A stretch of 64,000 nt of DNA from an uncultured Verrucomicrobiae bacterium. GTDB lineage: Bacteria > Verrucomicrobiota > Verrucomicrobiia > Limisphaerales > JAFGQR01. Location: assembly GCA_963788655.1 (NCBI GenBank), contig CAWBHS010000059.1:96001-160000 (forward strand), written 5' to 3'. The stretch's first letter is position 1, and the number at the start of each line of letters is the position of its first letter. A model generated the notes under the pieces. The model made no database searches, had not been told where the DNA came from, and saw nothing but the letters and a program-made list of their open reading frames with translations. The position numbers were made by a program, and so were the translations under genes. Shown here piece after piece: positions 32,240 to 41,961 of this stretch.

Positions 32240-33129
32240 ACCGATTTTTTCTGCTGCTGGTTACGGCAACGGCCGCCACTATGCTGATGGTGCAGCATGC
32301 CTCACTATCGGAAGCCCGAGCCCATGAACGGCAGTTGGCCCGTCAGGCAGAATCCGCGATGGGCTTCGTTCAAAGCGCCGAAGCGCAGGCTACCGCGCTC
32401 ACCAATGATCTGGAATCCGTGTTGACCCTCTCCCGCGATCTGAAACAAGCGTTGGCGGAATGGGATGCCCAGCCTGAATTGGTGGCGGATCTTCCGGTAT
32501 CGATCGAACCGGGGCAGCGCTGGCCTTCGGACCAACCGTGGTGCTACCTGCCCAAACGGGATCTGCTTCGCTACGGATTCACCCCGATTACTCCCGCGGG
32601 CCGTTTGTCGGACCCAGCCGTGGTGATCTTCGGCATGTCCCCCACCCAGCGGGCCCGCGTTGAAGACGCGTATGCGGAGTGGAGGCGAGAACAGCAGGCC
32701 CTGGACCTCGCCTATATGAATTCCGTGACCATCCCGGACGCAAATCGCCAACCGGGTTATGAGATTCGGAGCTATGAATTGAACCTGTCCGCCGAGCCGA
32801 TTGCCGAACCATTCAACGCGTTCGAGACGAGCGTTCGCGCCGCCCTCTCCGAAAAGCAAGGCAATCTCTTCTTGAAAGTCTGCGAAGCACAACGGTCGCG
32901 CGCGTCATACCGCAACTCCAATTCGGTCATCCGCCTGACCGCTAGCTTGGACCTCAGTTCGCCACGCCAGGATTACGAGTCGATCGAGGTCGAGCGTCGT
33001 CCGCTTCAAACGCGTGGGGATTTGCACGGCGCCAGCGGCATGCTCTGGCCCGAAGACGATGAGGATGCTTTGGCGTTTCACTATTTTGCCGACCTCATCC
33101 ATGCTTACGAGGCAAGGCAGGTTCGGTAG
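32236..33129 (+). CDS. Membrane-anchored hypothetical protein resembling the ECF C-terminal extension
   Basis: ATGA overlap with the sigma gene; N-terminal TM and coiled coil; motifs colinear with the sigma extension. Confidence 0.7.
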   Translation: MNRFFLLLVTATAATMLMVQHASLSEARAHERQLARQAESAMGFVQSAEAQATALTNDLESVLTLSRDLKQALAEWDAQPELVADLPVSIEPGQRWPSDQPWCYLPKRDLLRYGFTPITPAGRLSDPAVVIFGMSPTQRARVEDAYAEWRREQQALDLAYMNSVTIPDANRQPGYEIRSYELNLSAEPIAEPFNAFETSVRAALSEKQGNLFLKVCEAQRSRASYRNSNSVIRLTASLDLSSPRQDYESIEVERRPLQTRGDLHGASGMLWPEDDEDALAFHYFADLIHAYEARQVR

Positions 33130-33176
33130 GGTTTCGCCTGGCCAAGGATGAATGGTTACAGCCAAGCCCCGGTGCC

Positions 33177-34760
33177 CTAATCCAACGGCTTCTTCTCGAA
33201 GTCCGATTTGTTCACCCAGCCGGCGTTCAGTTTGTCGCCGCGCAGGTATTTCTCGTAGAAGTTCCGCTGGCCGGGATTGGCGTAGGGATATTGCTCGAAG
33301 ATTTGTCCCTGACCGAACATTCGTGGATCCTGCTGTTGCTTGAGTTCGGCTACGAGTTGGTCCTCGAGTTTCTGCTTTTGGGCGAGGTAATCGGTGTGTT
33401 CGGCTAGGTTGTTGAGGCAATCCGGATCGTGGCGGAGATCATAGAGTTCCTCCGGCGGCCGTTTGCCGAAGCAGAGGGCCCAATATTGATCACTCGGATT
33501 CTGGCGATGGGCGTTCAGGATTTCGGTTTTGGTGGCACCGCCGTCGCAATTCAAGTAGCCCGTTTCCGGGTTGCCGGCCGGCCAGCGGTCGGTTTCATAG
33601 TTGCGCACGTAGAGCATGCCCGCTTTGAAAATGCCGCGGATGGGATAGCCCCAATCGTGCGGGCGGCCAATGTCGTGGCGTTCTTTGGCGATGAGCACAT
33701 GGTCGCGGGTGACGTCGATCCGACCGGATTCTTCCGAGTACAGCAAGTCCGTCAGGCTGTGCCCTGGTGAAGGCGCCATGCCGGTTTGGTCCCAGGTCAA
33801 AGCGGCCAGTTCGATGAACGTGGGCGCCAAGTCCACGAAGCTGACGTAATCCTCCACCGTGCGGCCCGGTTTGGGGATGCCGTGTTGCCACATGATTGCC
33901 AGCGGGACATGGTTCGAGTTCTCGTAACCCTGGCCTTTGCAGCGCGGAAAAGGCATGCCGTGGTCGGAGGTGGCCACGACAATGGTGTTGGCCAACTCAC
34001 CGCGTTGTTCCAGCAGTGCGAGCATGCGCAGCAAGTGATGATCATAGTGTTCGACTTCAAAGGCATAATCGAGCAGGTCGTTGCGCACGACTTCGTTGTC
34101 CGGCCAGTAACCGGGTACGCGCGGGATGTCGCTGAGGTGCTTGCCGCCTTTGGCCACGCCGGAACCGTATTCGTAACCGCGATGCGGCTCGACCGCGCCG
34201 TACCAGAAACACCACGGTTGGCCTTTGGGCGCCGCCTTCAGGAAATCCGCAAAGTTGCCGGCGTAATCATTGTTGCTGATACCGCGAGCCGGCGGGGGCG
34301 CTTTGCGCTGGTTGAACGGTTGGCCGGCCATTTGCCGGGGTTTGCCCAATGCGTTGGTGGCCACGCCGGGCGCCCACCCTTTGCAGGTGACGCCCACAAA
34401 ATAACCGTGTTCGCCGAGTGCTTCCGCATAGGTTTTGAACTCCGGCGGAAAGTAAGGAACATGATTGGCCGCGGCCTTGAGTTGCCAGGAATTGCGTCCG
34501 GTGAGGATGCACGCCCGCGACGGCGCGCACTTGGCATTGGGCGTGTAGGCATGGTTGAACAGAACGCCTTCCCGCGCCACCCGGTCGAACGCCGGAGTTT
34601 TCACCCACGGACACCCATACGCGCCCGCGTGTCCGTAAGACCAGTCATCCGCGATGGCAAAGAGGATATTCGGTCGTGGCGACGCAGTTTCCGCAGCCCC
34701 AACATTTGGGAACCCGGAACTGAGCATGGCCAAAACAGAAACGAGGGTTTGTTTTGTCAT
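33177..34760 (-). CDS. Sulfatase (Cys-type S1), secreted
   Basis: [37 protein letters not shown]. Confidence 0.94.
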   Translation of the reverse strand: MTKQTLVSVLAMLSSGFPNVGAAETASPRPNILFAIADDWSYGHAGAYGCPWVKTPAFDRVAREGVLFNHAYTPNAKCAPSRACILTGRNSWQLKAAANHVPYFPPEFKTYAEALGEHGYFVGVTCKGWAPGVATNALGKPRQMAGQPFNQRKAPPPARGISNNDYAGNFADFLKAAPKGQPWCFWYGAVEPHRGYEYGSGVAKGGKHLSDIPRVPGYWPDNEVVRNDLLDYAFEVEHYDHHLLRMLALLEQRGELANTIVVATSDHGMPFPRCKGQGYENSNHVPLAIMWQHGIPKPGRTVEDYVSFVDLAPTFIELAALTWDQTGMAPSPGHSLTDLLYSEESGRIDVTRDHVLIAKERHDIGRPHDWGYPIRGIFKAGMLYVRNYETDRWPAGNPETGYLNCDGGATKTEILNAHRQNPSDQYWALCFGKRPPEELYDLRHDPDCLNNLAEHTDYLAQKQKLEDQLVAELKQQQDPRMFGQGQIFEQYPYANPGQRNFYEKYLRGDKLNAGWVNKSDFEKKPLD

Positions 34761-35098
34761 GTCGATGTATGCGTTTGTGTTTCAAATCGTGTTCTGCAAC
34801 TCACCGGAGCCCTGCGAAGGCCGGAACGCTGGACGACTACGGTTTCTAAGCCACAACTATTCAATGGGCAAGGATCGCTCGCCGCGCCGAAGCTGTTTAC
34901 CCCAAAATTCGATAACAGCGGACAGCGAAACCTCACCTCAGGTGAAACCAAACAAACCGCCAGCGACGTGCCTCGGCGAGCGGAGGCACACTGTTTGTTG
35001 TTGTGCTTGATAGGGCGCCATTGCTCGCGATTGATTTGGATGGGTGGACTCAATTCCGGAAAACGTCCCACTTCAGCCAGAACCACGAGACCCAGTCT

Positions 35099-35986
35099 TT
35101 AGCAGAGCGCGTAGGTTGGTTTATCGCCTAAGCGCTTTGCTTTCCACCGGCCATAGTTCACCATAGTTGAGTCCAAATACACCGAGCCATCGCGCAGCTT
35201 GGTGGTGCCGACCAGCGTAGTGTTATAAGTCTCGGTCCGTCGGCTGCCGGTGACCGCATTCACTTTGCTTCCCACGTACGTCCAGTCGGGTTGGGAGTGA
35301 GTATGACCATTCAGCACGGCACACATGATATGGGCAAATTTAATGTGGTGGGTTTCTCGATCGATTCGGTAGCAGGCGACCAAGTGCCATCCGGAATGCC
35401 CATTATGACTTTCTCCGCCTTTTCCAATTTGAATCGTCGATTTGATTTCCAACCCGGTGGGCTTGCCTTGTTTCGAAACCGTTGGATTGATCAAATCGGG
35501 GTAGGCTTGATCGGAATTATGTTTGTAAGGAGAATAGTCGTGCAGGGCGTCGCAAAAAATATTCGAAACTAAGCCGCTGAAATTGTTGCCTTGTATGTAT
35601 TCGTACAGCGGCTTGGCTCCATTCGAAAGAAGATTACTGTTAAGGACTGCCAAAATGAGGTGGGTTGCGTTCATCGCCGCTTCTAAATGGGAAATGTTCA
35701 GGCCGGGTGGCAGCGGAGCTTGCGAACGAAAATATTCTTTGTTAATCGTTGGAATCGGCGTTGTCGCCTTCTCAGCAAAGGCGCCCGAAACCAACAGTGG
35801 CAACGGACAGGCCAGCGCTTTTCCTATCGATTCCAGCACGTCGATGGAGAAGTTCGCTCGCCCATTTTCCAAGCCGGAAAGATACTGGTAGGTAATTCCG
35901 ATTTTGCGAGACAATTGTTCCTGCGTGAGGTTTGCCCGTTCGCGCAGTTTGCGGACGTAGCGGCCTAAAATGGTTTTCGCGTGCAT
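35099..35986 (-). CDS. XRE HTH fused to a PD-(D/E)XK restriction-endonuclease-like domain
   Basis: VRKLRERANLTQEQLSRKIGITYQYLSGLENGRAN; YPDL...GLEIKST; divergent from a DNA methyltransferase; visibly AT-richer than flanking genes. Confidence 0.72.
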   Translation of the reverse strand: MHAKTILGRYVRKLRERANLTQEQLSRKIGITYQYLSGLENGRANFSIDVLESIGKALACPLPLLVSGAFAEKATTPIPTINKEYFRSQAPLPPGLNISHLEAAMNATHLILAVLNSNLLSNGAKPLYEYIQGNNFSGLVSNIFCDALHDYSPYKHNSDQAYPDLINPTVSKQGKPTGLEIKSTIQIGKGGESHNGHSGWHLVACYRIDRETHHIKFAHIMCAVLNGHTHSQPDWTYVGSKVNAVTGSRRTETYNTTLVGTTKLRDGSVYLDSTMVNYGRWKAKRLGDKPTYALC

Positions 35987-36036
35987 TTGAACCCCAGTTG
36001 ATACACAATTCGCCCGTGCCTGTCTTTCGCCTATAG

Positions 36037-37005
36037 TTGAAATTGACCGCCGTGTACCGCATCGAACATAAAGACTGCTTCGAATGGTTGCGCCAATGTC
36101 CGCCCCATTCCTTCCACGCCGTTTGCACCGATCCACCTTATGGCATTCTGGAATTCACGGAGAAGGAACTGACCAAGATGCGTGCTGGCCGCGGCGGTGT
36201 GTGGCGCCTGCCGCCCAAAGTCGGGGGCAGCCATCGTGATCCATTGCCACGTTTTACTGTCCTCACGGACGCGCAGAAACAGCACCTCCGCGATTACTTT
36301 CGCGACTGGGGCAGACTTTTGGTGCGGGTGCTGGTGCCCGGAGCACACGTTTGCGTCGCTGGTCATCCGGTTCTGCAACATCATGTCCAAGGGGCCATGG
36401 CCGAAGCCGGATTCGAAGTGCGCCCTGCCATCGCTCGTCTATACTACGGCTTCCGCGGTGGCGACCGGCCGAAAAATGCTGAAGCCGAATTTCCTGAAGT
36501 CTGCGTCAACCCGAAAGGGGCGTACGAGCCTTGGATGCTCTTTCGCAAACCGATTGACTCAAAAACCGTGGCCGAAAACCTGCGGCGCTGGCGGACGGGT
36601 GGATTGCGGCGCCTTTCGCGAGACAAACCATTGCCGGACGCGATCCCAAGTGGGCGGACTCCCAAATGTGAAGAGGCGCTTTCGGACCATCCCTGCCTGA
36701 AACCCCAGCACTTCATGCGGATCATCGTGCGTTCGCTCTTGCCCCTCGGCGAAGGAACACTTCTCGATCCGTTCATGGGATCGGGTTCAACCATCGCGGC
36801 GGCTGAAGCCGTAGGTTACACGTCCACCGGTTTGGAACTTGATGCGGAGTATTTTCGTCTTGCGGAGATGGCCATTCCGCGTCTCGCCTCGCTTTACCCT
36901 CAATTCAAAGGACAGCAAATCAACGTCGAACTGAATGGACAGGTAGAACGGAAACTGCCGGAAAGCCAGTTGGCTTTGGTGCTTGCCGAGATGCCGCCAG
37001 CCTAA
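36037..37005 (+). CDS. Site-specific DNA amino-methyltransferase, beta class (m6A/m4C)
   Basis: TDPPY motif IV precedes HPCLKP and LDPFMGSGST motif I. Start is TTG at 36037 or 36043. Confidence 0.92.
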   Translation: MKLTAVYRIEHKDCFEWLRQCPPHSFHAVCTDPPYGILEFTEKELTKMRAGRGGVWRLPPKVGGSHRDPLPRFTVLTDAQKQHLRDYFRDWGRLLVRVLVPGAHVCVAGHPVLQHHVQGAMAEAGFEVRPAIARLYYGFRGGDRPKNAEAEFPEVCVNPKGAYEPWMLFRKPIDSKTVAENLRRWRTGGLRRLSRDKPLPDAIPSGRTPKCEEALSDHPCLKPQHFMRIIVRSLLPLGEGTLLDPFMGSGSTIAAAEAVGYTSTGLELDAEYFRLAEMAIPRLASLYPQFKGQQINVELNGQVERKLPESQLALVLAEMPPA

Positions 37006-37338
37006 TTCCCCTCGGAACGCATCAGCATTCGCGCCGGGCGAAAATCGCGCCAATAACGTTAAGGGCTGGTTGGATTCACTCCTATCCGCAACCGTAAGCC
37101 TTGGTGCTGCTTCCCAACCAGCGAACACCGTTTGCCGATAAATTCTGGAGTAGCTTGGGTGCCTTCCGGTATTCGGCCCTGAGCGACAGTTGGGCCGCTC
37201 CGAGCGAACTTCACCGATAGCAGTTGGCCGAACGCCAAGTCCGAAGCCTGGCAATCAATGTGGCGCTCGGCGTTGGAATTTGCCGGTCAAGCGATTGGCT
37301 TGCTCCGCACCCTTCGTTAGCGTATCAGCGAAAACGAC

Positions 37339-37548
37339 ATGGGTGTCACGCTGGAACAAATTGAACGCGAAGCCATGACGCTGCCCGACCAGGACCGTGT
37401 TCGGTTGGCAGACAAATTGTGGGAGAGCGTGGCCGGTCGTCGCGGTTTGGAGGTGATCATGACTTCCGAACTGGAACGATTGCTTGACGAAGGATTGGAA
37501 AACCTCGGCCAAGGCCGAACCACGGACGAATTGCGCGAGCGAAAATGA
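37339..37548 (+). CDS. Addiction-module antitoxin component (TIGR02574-like)
   Basis: IEREAMTLPDQDRVRLADKLWESV; 69 aa acidic protein overlapping a toxin-like start. Confidence 0.7.
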   Translation: MGVTLEQIEREAMTLPDQDRVRLADKLWESVAGRRGLEVIMTSELERLLDEGLENLGQGRTTDELRERK

Positions 37549-37628
37549 GCAAAGCCACGCTCAGTCCCAAGGCCGAGCGTGATTTGGATCCTAACACTGC
37601 TTCAACTCCGATCATCGGAAAGACCTGA
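37545..37628 (+). pseudogene. Truncated ParE/RelE-type toxin stub
   Basis: ATGA overlap; MSKATLSPKAERDLD then unrelated sequence and a stop after 27 codons. Confidence 0.55.
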
Positions 37629-37733
37629 GCCCCTTTTCGCTTCATCACCCATCCGACTTTCTCATGACCGAGCGCTTTGCGTTTCGAGGCTCCACCACCG
37701 CCGTTGTCCGCAGAAGTTCCCCGAAAAGTAGTG

Positions 37734-37772
37734 TTGGCAATTTCCCTGCGGTTTTTGGCAATATCCCCGCGG
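37734..37772 (+). promoter_or_regulatory. Direct repeat with 21-bp period upstream of rhaA; putative AraC-type operator
   Basis: TTGGCAATTTCCCTGCGG (37734) and TTGGCAATATCCCCGCGG (37755), 16/18 identical. Confidence 0.55.
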
Positions 37773-37839
37773 AACCCGGTGGCCGCAGTCTTGCAGGGCA
37801 GGTTTCCCGTCAGAAGCAATCAACAAAACGCGCACGTTT

Positions 37840-39108
37840 ATGAGTCAGATAAAGAATATCGAATCCGCCTACAAACTCGCCCGGCAACGGTATGCCGACC
37901 TCGGTGTCAACACGGACACTGCCCTGCGAAAGCTCGCCGCCGTCTCCATTTCCATGCACTGCTGGCAGGGAGACGACGTAGGCGGCTTTGAAAATGTGGG
38001 CGGCGCTTTGGGCGACGGCCTCGCGGTCACCGGCAATTATCCGGGCAAGGCCCGTACGCCGCAGGAACTGCGCGGTGATTTTGAGAAGGCCACGTCGCTC
38101 ATCCCCGGCACGCACCGGTTCAACCTTCACGCCTCGTACGCCGAGATGAAGGGCAAGCAGGTGGACCGCGACGAGTTGAGCCCCGCCCAGTTCAAGAATT
38201 GGATTGCCTGGGCCAAGTCGCTTGGCATCGGACTGGATTTCAATCAAACCTATTTCTCCCACCCGAAGGTCGATCGCGGACTCACGCTCGCCCATCCCAA
38301 CAAAGGCATCCGCCAGTTCTGGATCGAACACGGCATTCGTTCCCGGGAAATCGGCGCCGCCATCGGTCGCGCGCTCGGCAAGACGTGCCTGACCAACCTG
38401 TGGATTCCGGACGGCATGAAGGACACGCCCGCCGACCGCCGCGGTCCCCGCGAACGCTTACTGGAAGCGCTGGACGCCATATTTGCCAAGAAGATCAGCC
38501 CCAAGTTCAACGTCGATTCGGTCGAGCCGAAATTGTTTGGGATTGGCGCCGAGAGTTACACCGTGGGTTCCCACGAGTTCTACCTGGGCTACGCGGTCAG
38601 CCGCAAGACGCTGCTCACGCTGGACGCCGGCCATTACCATCCGACTGAAGGCATTGCCGACAAGATTTCGTCGGTGATGTGCTACCTGCCGGAAATTGCG
38701 CTGCACGTCAGTCGCGGGGTGCGCTGGGATAGTGATCACGTTGTCACGCTGACGGACGAGTTGCAGGCCATCGCCCAGGAAATTGTCTGGGGCGATTATC
38801 TCGGCCGGATCCGGATCGGGCTCGATTATTTCGACGCCAGCATCAACCGCGTGGCCGCATGGGTCATCGGTACGCGTAACATGCTCAAGGCGCTACTCCT
38901 GGCATTACTGGCGCCAATCAACCGCCTGCGATCCGCCGAGCGAACCGGCGACTATACCTCGCGGCTCGCGTTGATGGAGGACGCCAAGATGCTGCCGTTC
39001 GGCGCGGTCTGGGACTACCACTGCCAGCGCATGGATGTGCCGGCCGCCGAAACTTGGTTGGCGGACGTTCAGCAATACGAGAAAGACGTCCTCCGCAAAC
39101 GTCAATAA
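37840..39108 (+). CDS. rhaA: L-rhamnose isomerase
   Basis: SMHCWQGDDVGGFE, TGNYPGKART, KLFGIGAESYTVGSHEFY, HVSRGVRWDSDHV, LDYFDASINRVAAWVIG. Confidence 0.96.
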   Translation: MSQIKNIESAYKLARQRYADLGVNTDTALRKLAAVSISMHCWQGDDVGGFENVGGALGDGLAVTGNYPGKARTPQELRGDFEKATSLIPGTHRFNLHASYAEMKGKQVDRDELSPAQFKNWIAWAKSLGIGLDFNQTYFSHPKVDRGLTLAHPNKGIRQFWIEHGIRSREIGAAIGRALGKTCLTNLWIPDGMKDTPADRRGPRERLLEALDAIFAKKISPKFNVDSVEPKLFGIGAESYTVGSHEFYLGYAVSRKTLLTLDAGHYHPTEGIADKISSVMCYLPEIALHVSRGVRWDSDHVVTLTDELQAIAQEIVWGDYLGRIRIGLDYFDASINRVAAWVIGTRNMLKALLLALLAPINRLRSAERTGDYTSRLALMEDAKMLPFGAVWDYHCQRMDVPAAETWLADVQQYEKDVLRKRQ

Positions 39109-39138
39109 ATCACCTGTAACCCTGCTCAACTTTCATTT

Positions 39139-40326
39139 ATGGCAAATCCGTTTTTAGGTGTCTTCTTCCACTGGCTTGGGGGACTGGCGTCCGGCAGCTT
39201 TTATGTTCCCTACAAAGGGGTCCGCAAATGGGCTTGGGAAGTCTATTGGCTGGTGGGCGGATTTTTCTCCTGGATCATCTGCCCACTGCTGCTGGCCACC
39301 CTGTTGACCAACAACGTCTTCGGAGTGATCAAGAGCCAGTCGCTCTCGACGCTGTGGTGGACGTACTTTTTTGGCGCGATGTGGGGATTTGGCGGCCTGA
39401 CCTTCGGCTTGACCATGCGGTACCTCGGCATGTCGCTGGGGATGGGCGTCGCGCTGGGGTATTGCGCCGCGTTCGGCACGCTGTTGCCACCCATTTTCAA
39501 GTTGTTCATCCCGACCATTCCGGTGCCGGAAACCATTGCGCAAATCGCCGCCACGACGCCCGGCAAGGTCACGTTATTGGGCGTGCTGGTTTGCTTGATT
39601 GGCATCGCCGTTGCGGCGTTGGCCGGGCTGACGAAAGAGCGGGAAATGCCCGAAGCCGAAAAAAAGAAGGCGATCGCCGAATTCAATTTTCCCAAGGGCA
39701 TCCTGGTGGCCACCTTTTCGGGCATCATGAGCGCGTGTTTCGCGTTCGCATTGGCCGCGGGAAATCCGATTGGTGAAGCCTCCGCGCTCGCCGGCACGGA
39801 GAAACTCTGGACCGGGTTGCCGAAACTGGTGGTGGTCTTGTTGGGCGGGTTCACCACGAATTTCGTCTGGTGCGTGCTGCTGAACATTCGTAATCGGACG
39901 GGTTACCAGTACTTCAGCCGCACGTTGCTGGCCACCCCGCCCCGGCGCGACCAGGAAACCATCATCGAGACTGCGACAGACGCCCCGAGCGAAGAGGTTG
40001 TTGAACATGCTTCCCGGCAGCCGATGGTCAACGGCAACCAGGTGCCCATGCTGCGGAATTATTTCTTCAGCGCCCTCGCCGGAACAACTTGGTATTTCCA
40101 ATTCTTTTTCTACACGATGGGCGAAACGCAAATGGGCAAGTTCGGTTTCGCCAGTTGGACCCTGCACATGGCCAGCATCATTATCTTCAGCACGATGTGG
40201 GGTTGGATCTTGAAAGAATGGAAAGGCTCGAGCAAGAAGGCCCACAGCCTCATTGCCGCCGGCATCGCCACGCTGATTCTCTCCACCATCATCATTGGTT
40301 TTGGCACCTGGCTGAAAGGACGCTGA
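39139..40326 (+). CDS. rhaT: L-rhamnose/proton symporter
   Basis: SGSFYVPYKGVRKWAWE, LTFGLTMRYLGMSLG, QFFFYTMGE, SWTLHMA. Confidence 0.93.
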   Translation: MANPFLGVFFHWLGGLASGSFYVPYKGVRKWAWEVYWLVGGFFSWIICPLLLATLLTNNVFGVIKSQSLSTLWWTYFFGAMWGFGGLTFGLTMRYLGMSLGMGVALGYCAAFGTLLPPIFKLFIPTIPVPETIAQIAATTPGKVTLLGVLVCLIGIAVAALAGLTKEREMPEAEKKKAIAEFNFPKGILVATFSGIMSACFAFALAAGNPIGEASALAGTEKLWTGLPKLVVVLLGGFTTNFVWCVLLNIRNRTGYQYFSRTLLATPPRRDQETIIETATDAPSEEVVEHASRQPMVNGNQVPMLRNYFFSALAGTTWYFQFFFYTMGETQMGKFGFASWTLHMASIIIFSTMWGWILKEWKGSSKKAHSLIAAGIATLILSTIIIGFGTWLKGR

Positions 40327-40350
40327 AGTCTGGTCAGCAAACCGCGGAAC

Positions 40351-41725
40351 ATGTCCGGGCCGCAACCAATTCATCACGCGGGCGACGAGTTCGAGCGTGA
40401 ACCCGTGCCGGAACGGGCGCAAAAAGGCGCCAGCGCGTTCTGGGGCATGTACGCCGGCGAACACACGGCGGGCACGGAGTTCATGATTGGGCCGCTCTTC
40501 ATTGCCTGGGGGGTGAACGCCTTCGACTTGCTGGTGGGATTGCTCGTGGGGAATTTACTGGCCGTATTAAGCTGGCGTTATGTGACGGCGCCCATCGCGG
40601 CCCGGATGCGGCTTACGCTCTATTATCAACTCGAAAAGATTTGTGGGCGCAAACTGGTCGTCATCTACAATCTCGCCAACGGCATTCTCTTTTGCTTCCT
40701 GGCCGGCGCCATGGTGACGGTGTCCGCCACGGCCATCGGGGTTCCGTTTCTCCAGCATCCAAATGCCGTCCTTCAACGACCTGATGCCCACCGGCGTGGC
40801 GTGGTGTGTGGCGGTGGTCATCATTGGCGCGGCAATGACGTTCGTGGCCATCAAAGGTTACAGCATGGTCGCGCGCATCGGCCATCTGGCATCCCCGTGG
40901 ATGTTCCTCGTGTTCCTCGCGTGCGGCGTGGTGATGCTCGGCAAACTCGGCACCACGAATCTTGTGGAATTGCTCAAACCGGCCGCCGGCACCGAAACCA
41001 AAATCGGTTTCTGGGGCGTGGTCTGTTTCGCCTGGTTCTGCAACGCTGCCATGCATGTGGGTATGTCGGATTTGTCCGTGTTGCGCTTTGCCCGTAAACC
41101 GGCTTACGGCTGGGCCTCGGCGGCGGGCATGTTTCTCGGACACTACGTCGCCTGGATTTGCGCCGCGCTCCTGCTGGTTTATTGGATCCGCACCGCCGGT
41201 GTCGATCCTGCCACGGGCATGCCGCCCGGGCCAATGGTGTATGATGCCGTCGGGTGGGCCGGTTTGATCTGCGTGATCATCGCCGGTTGGACGACCGCCA
41301 ATCCCACCATTTACCGCGCGGGCCTGGCCTTCCAATCGCTGTTTCCGAAGATGTCTCGCACCCGGGCCACGCTCATGGCCGGCACTGTCTGCACGCTGGC
41401 CGGATTGTTCCCCGCCTTCGCGATGAAGCTGCTCGATTTCGTCGGTCTGTATAGTACCACGCTCGCGCCGGTGGGAGCGATCATCCTGGTGGATGTTTAT
41501 CTCGCCAATCGCTTGGGGCTAACCCAAAACTGGGCGGAGCAAACCGGCCGCAGTTTCAATGGTGCCGTGCTGTTGGCCTGGGGCATTCCGCTGGCGTTGT
41601 TTTACTTTGCCTACGTGAAGTTCCAAGTGTTTCCGTCGTACATGACCTTGCCAGTTTATGTGCTCACCGCGGTGCTTTACATCGTGTTCGCCAAAATGAT
41701 GCCCGGCCAACCACACCATGCCTGA
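40351..41725 (+). CDS. NCS1/purine-cytosine permease-like transporter (+1 frameshift near 40750)
   Basis: DEFEREPVP, GEHTAGTEFMIGP, AGWTTANPTIYRAG. ORFs 40351..41097 and 40763..41725 join after removing one base. Confidence 0.8.
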
Positions 41726-41738
41726 AGATGTTCATGCC

Positions 41739-41921
41739 ATGTCCACCGTATTGAAAACTCTCGGCTGCGGCGCGCTCGCGCTTACGATCATGCCGCCGTT
41801 GCTGTTCCTGACCAAAGCGCTCACCGAACCGGCGATGAAAAGCCTCATGCTGTTCGGTTGCGCGCTGTGGTTTGTCGTCGGCACCGTTTTTCATGAAAGG
41901 CGGCCGTGGGTGAACTGGTAG
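41739..41921 (+). CDS. Small two-TM membrane protein
   Basis: 60 aa with two hydrophobic helices; fills the gap between the permease and rhaB. Confidence 0.6.
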   Translation: MSTVLKTLGCGALALTIMPPLLFLTKALTEPAMKSLMLFGCALWFVVGTVFHERRPWVNW

Positions 41922-41961
41922 CCAAACGTGATCCTAACTCCTAACCGATCTGACTCTATTT

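Noticed and set aside
34921..34995. Riboswitch near the sulfatase start
   Set aside because: Only a superficial CTCAGG resemblance, on the strand opposite the sulfatase, with no conserved aptamer core.
37227..37275. Integron attC site (GCCGAAC...GGCGTTGG) near the R-M and toxin-antitoxin genes
   Set aside because: Inner complementarity is poor, there is no array of similar sites, and there is no integrase.
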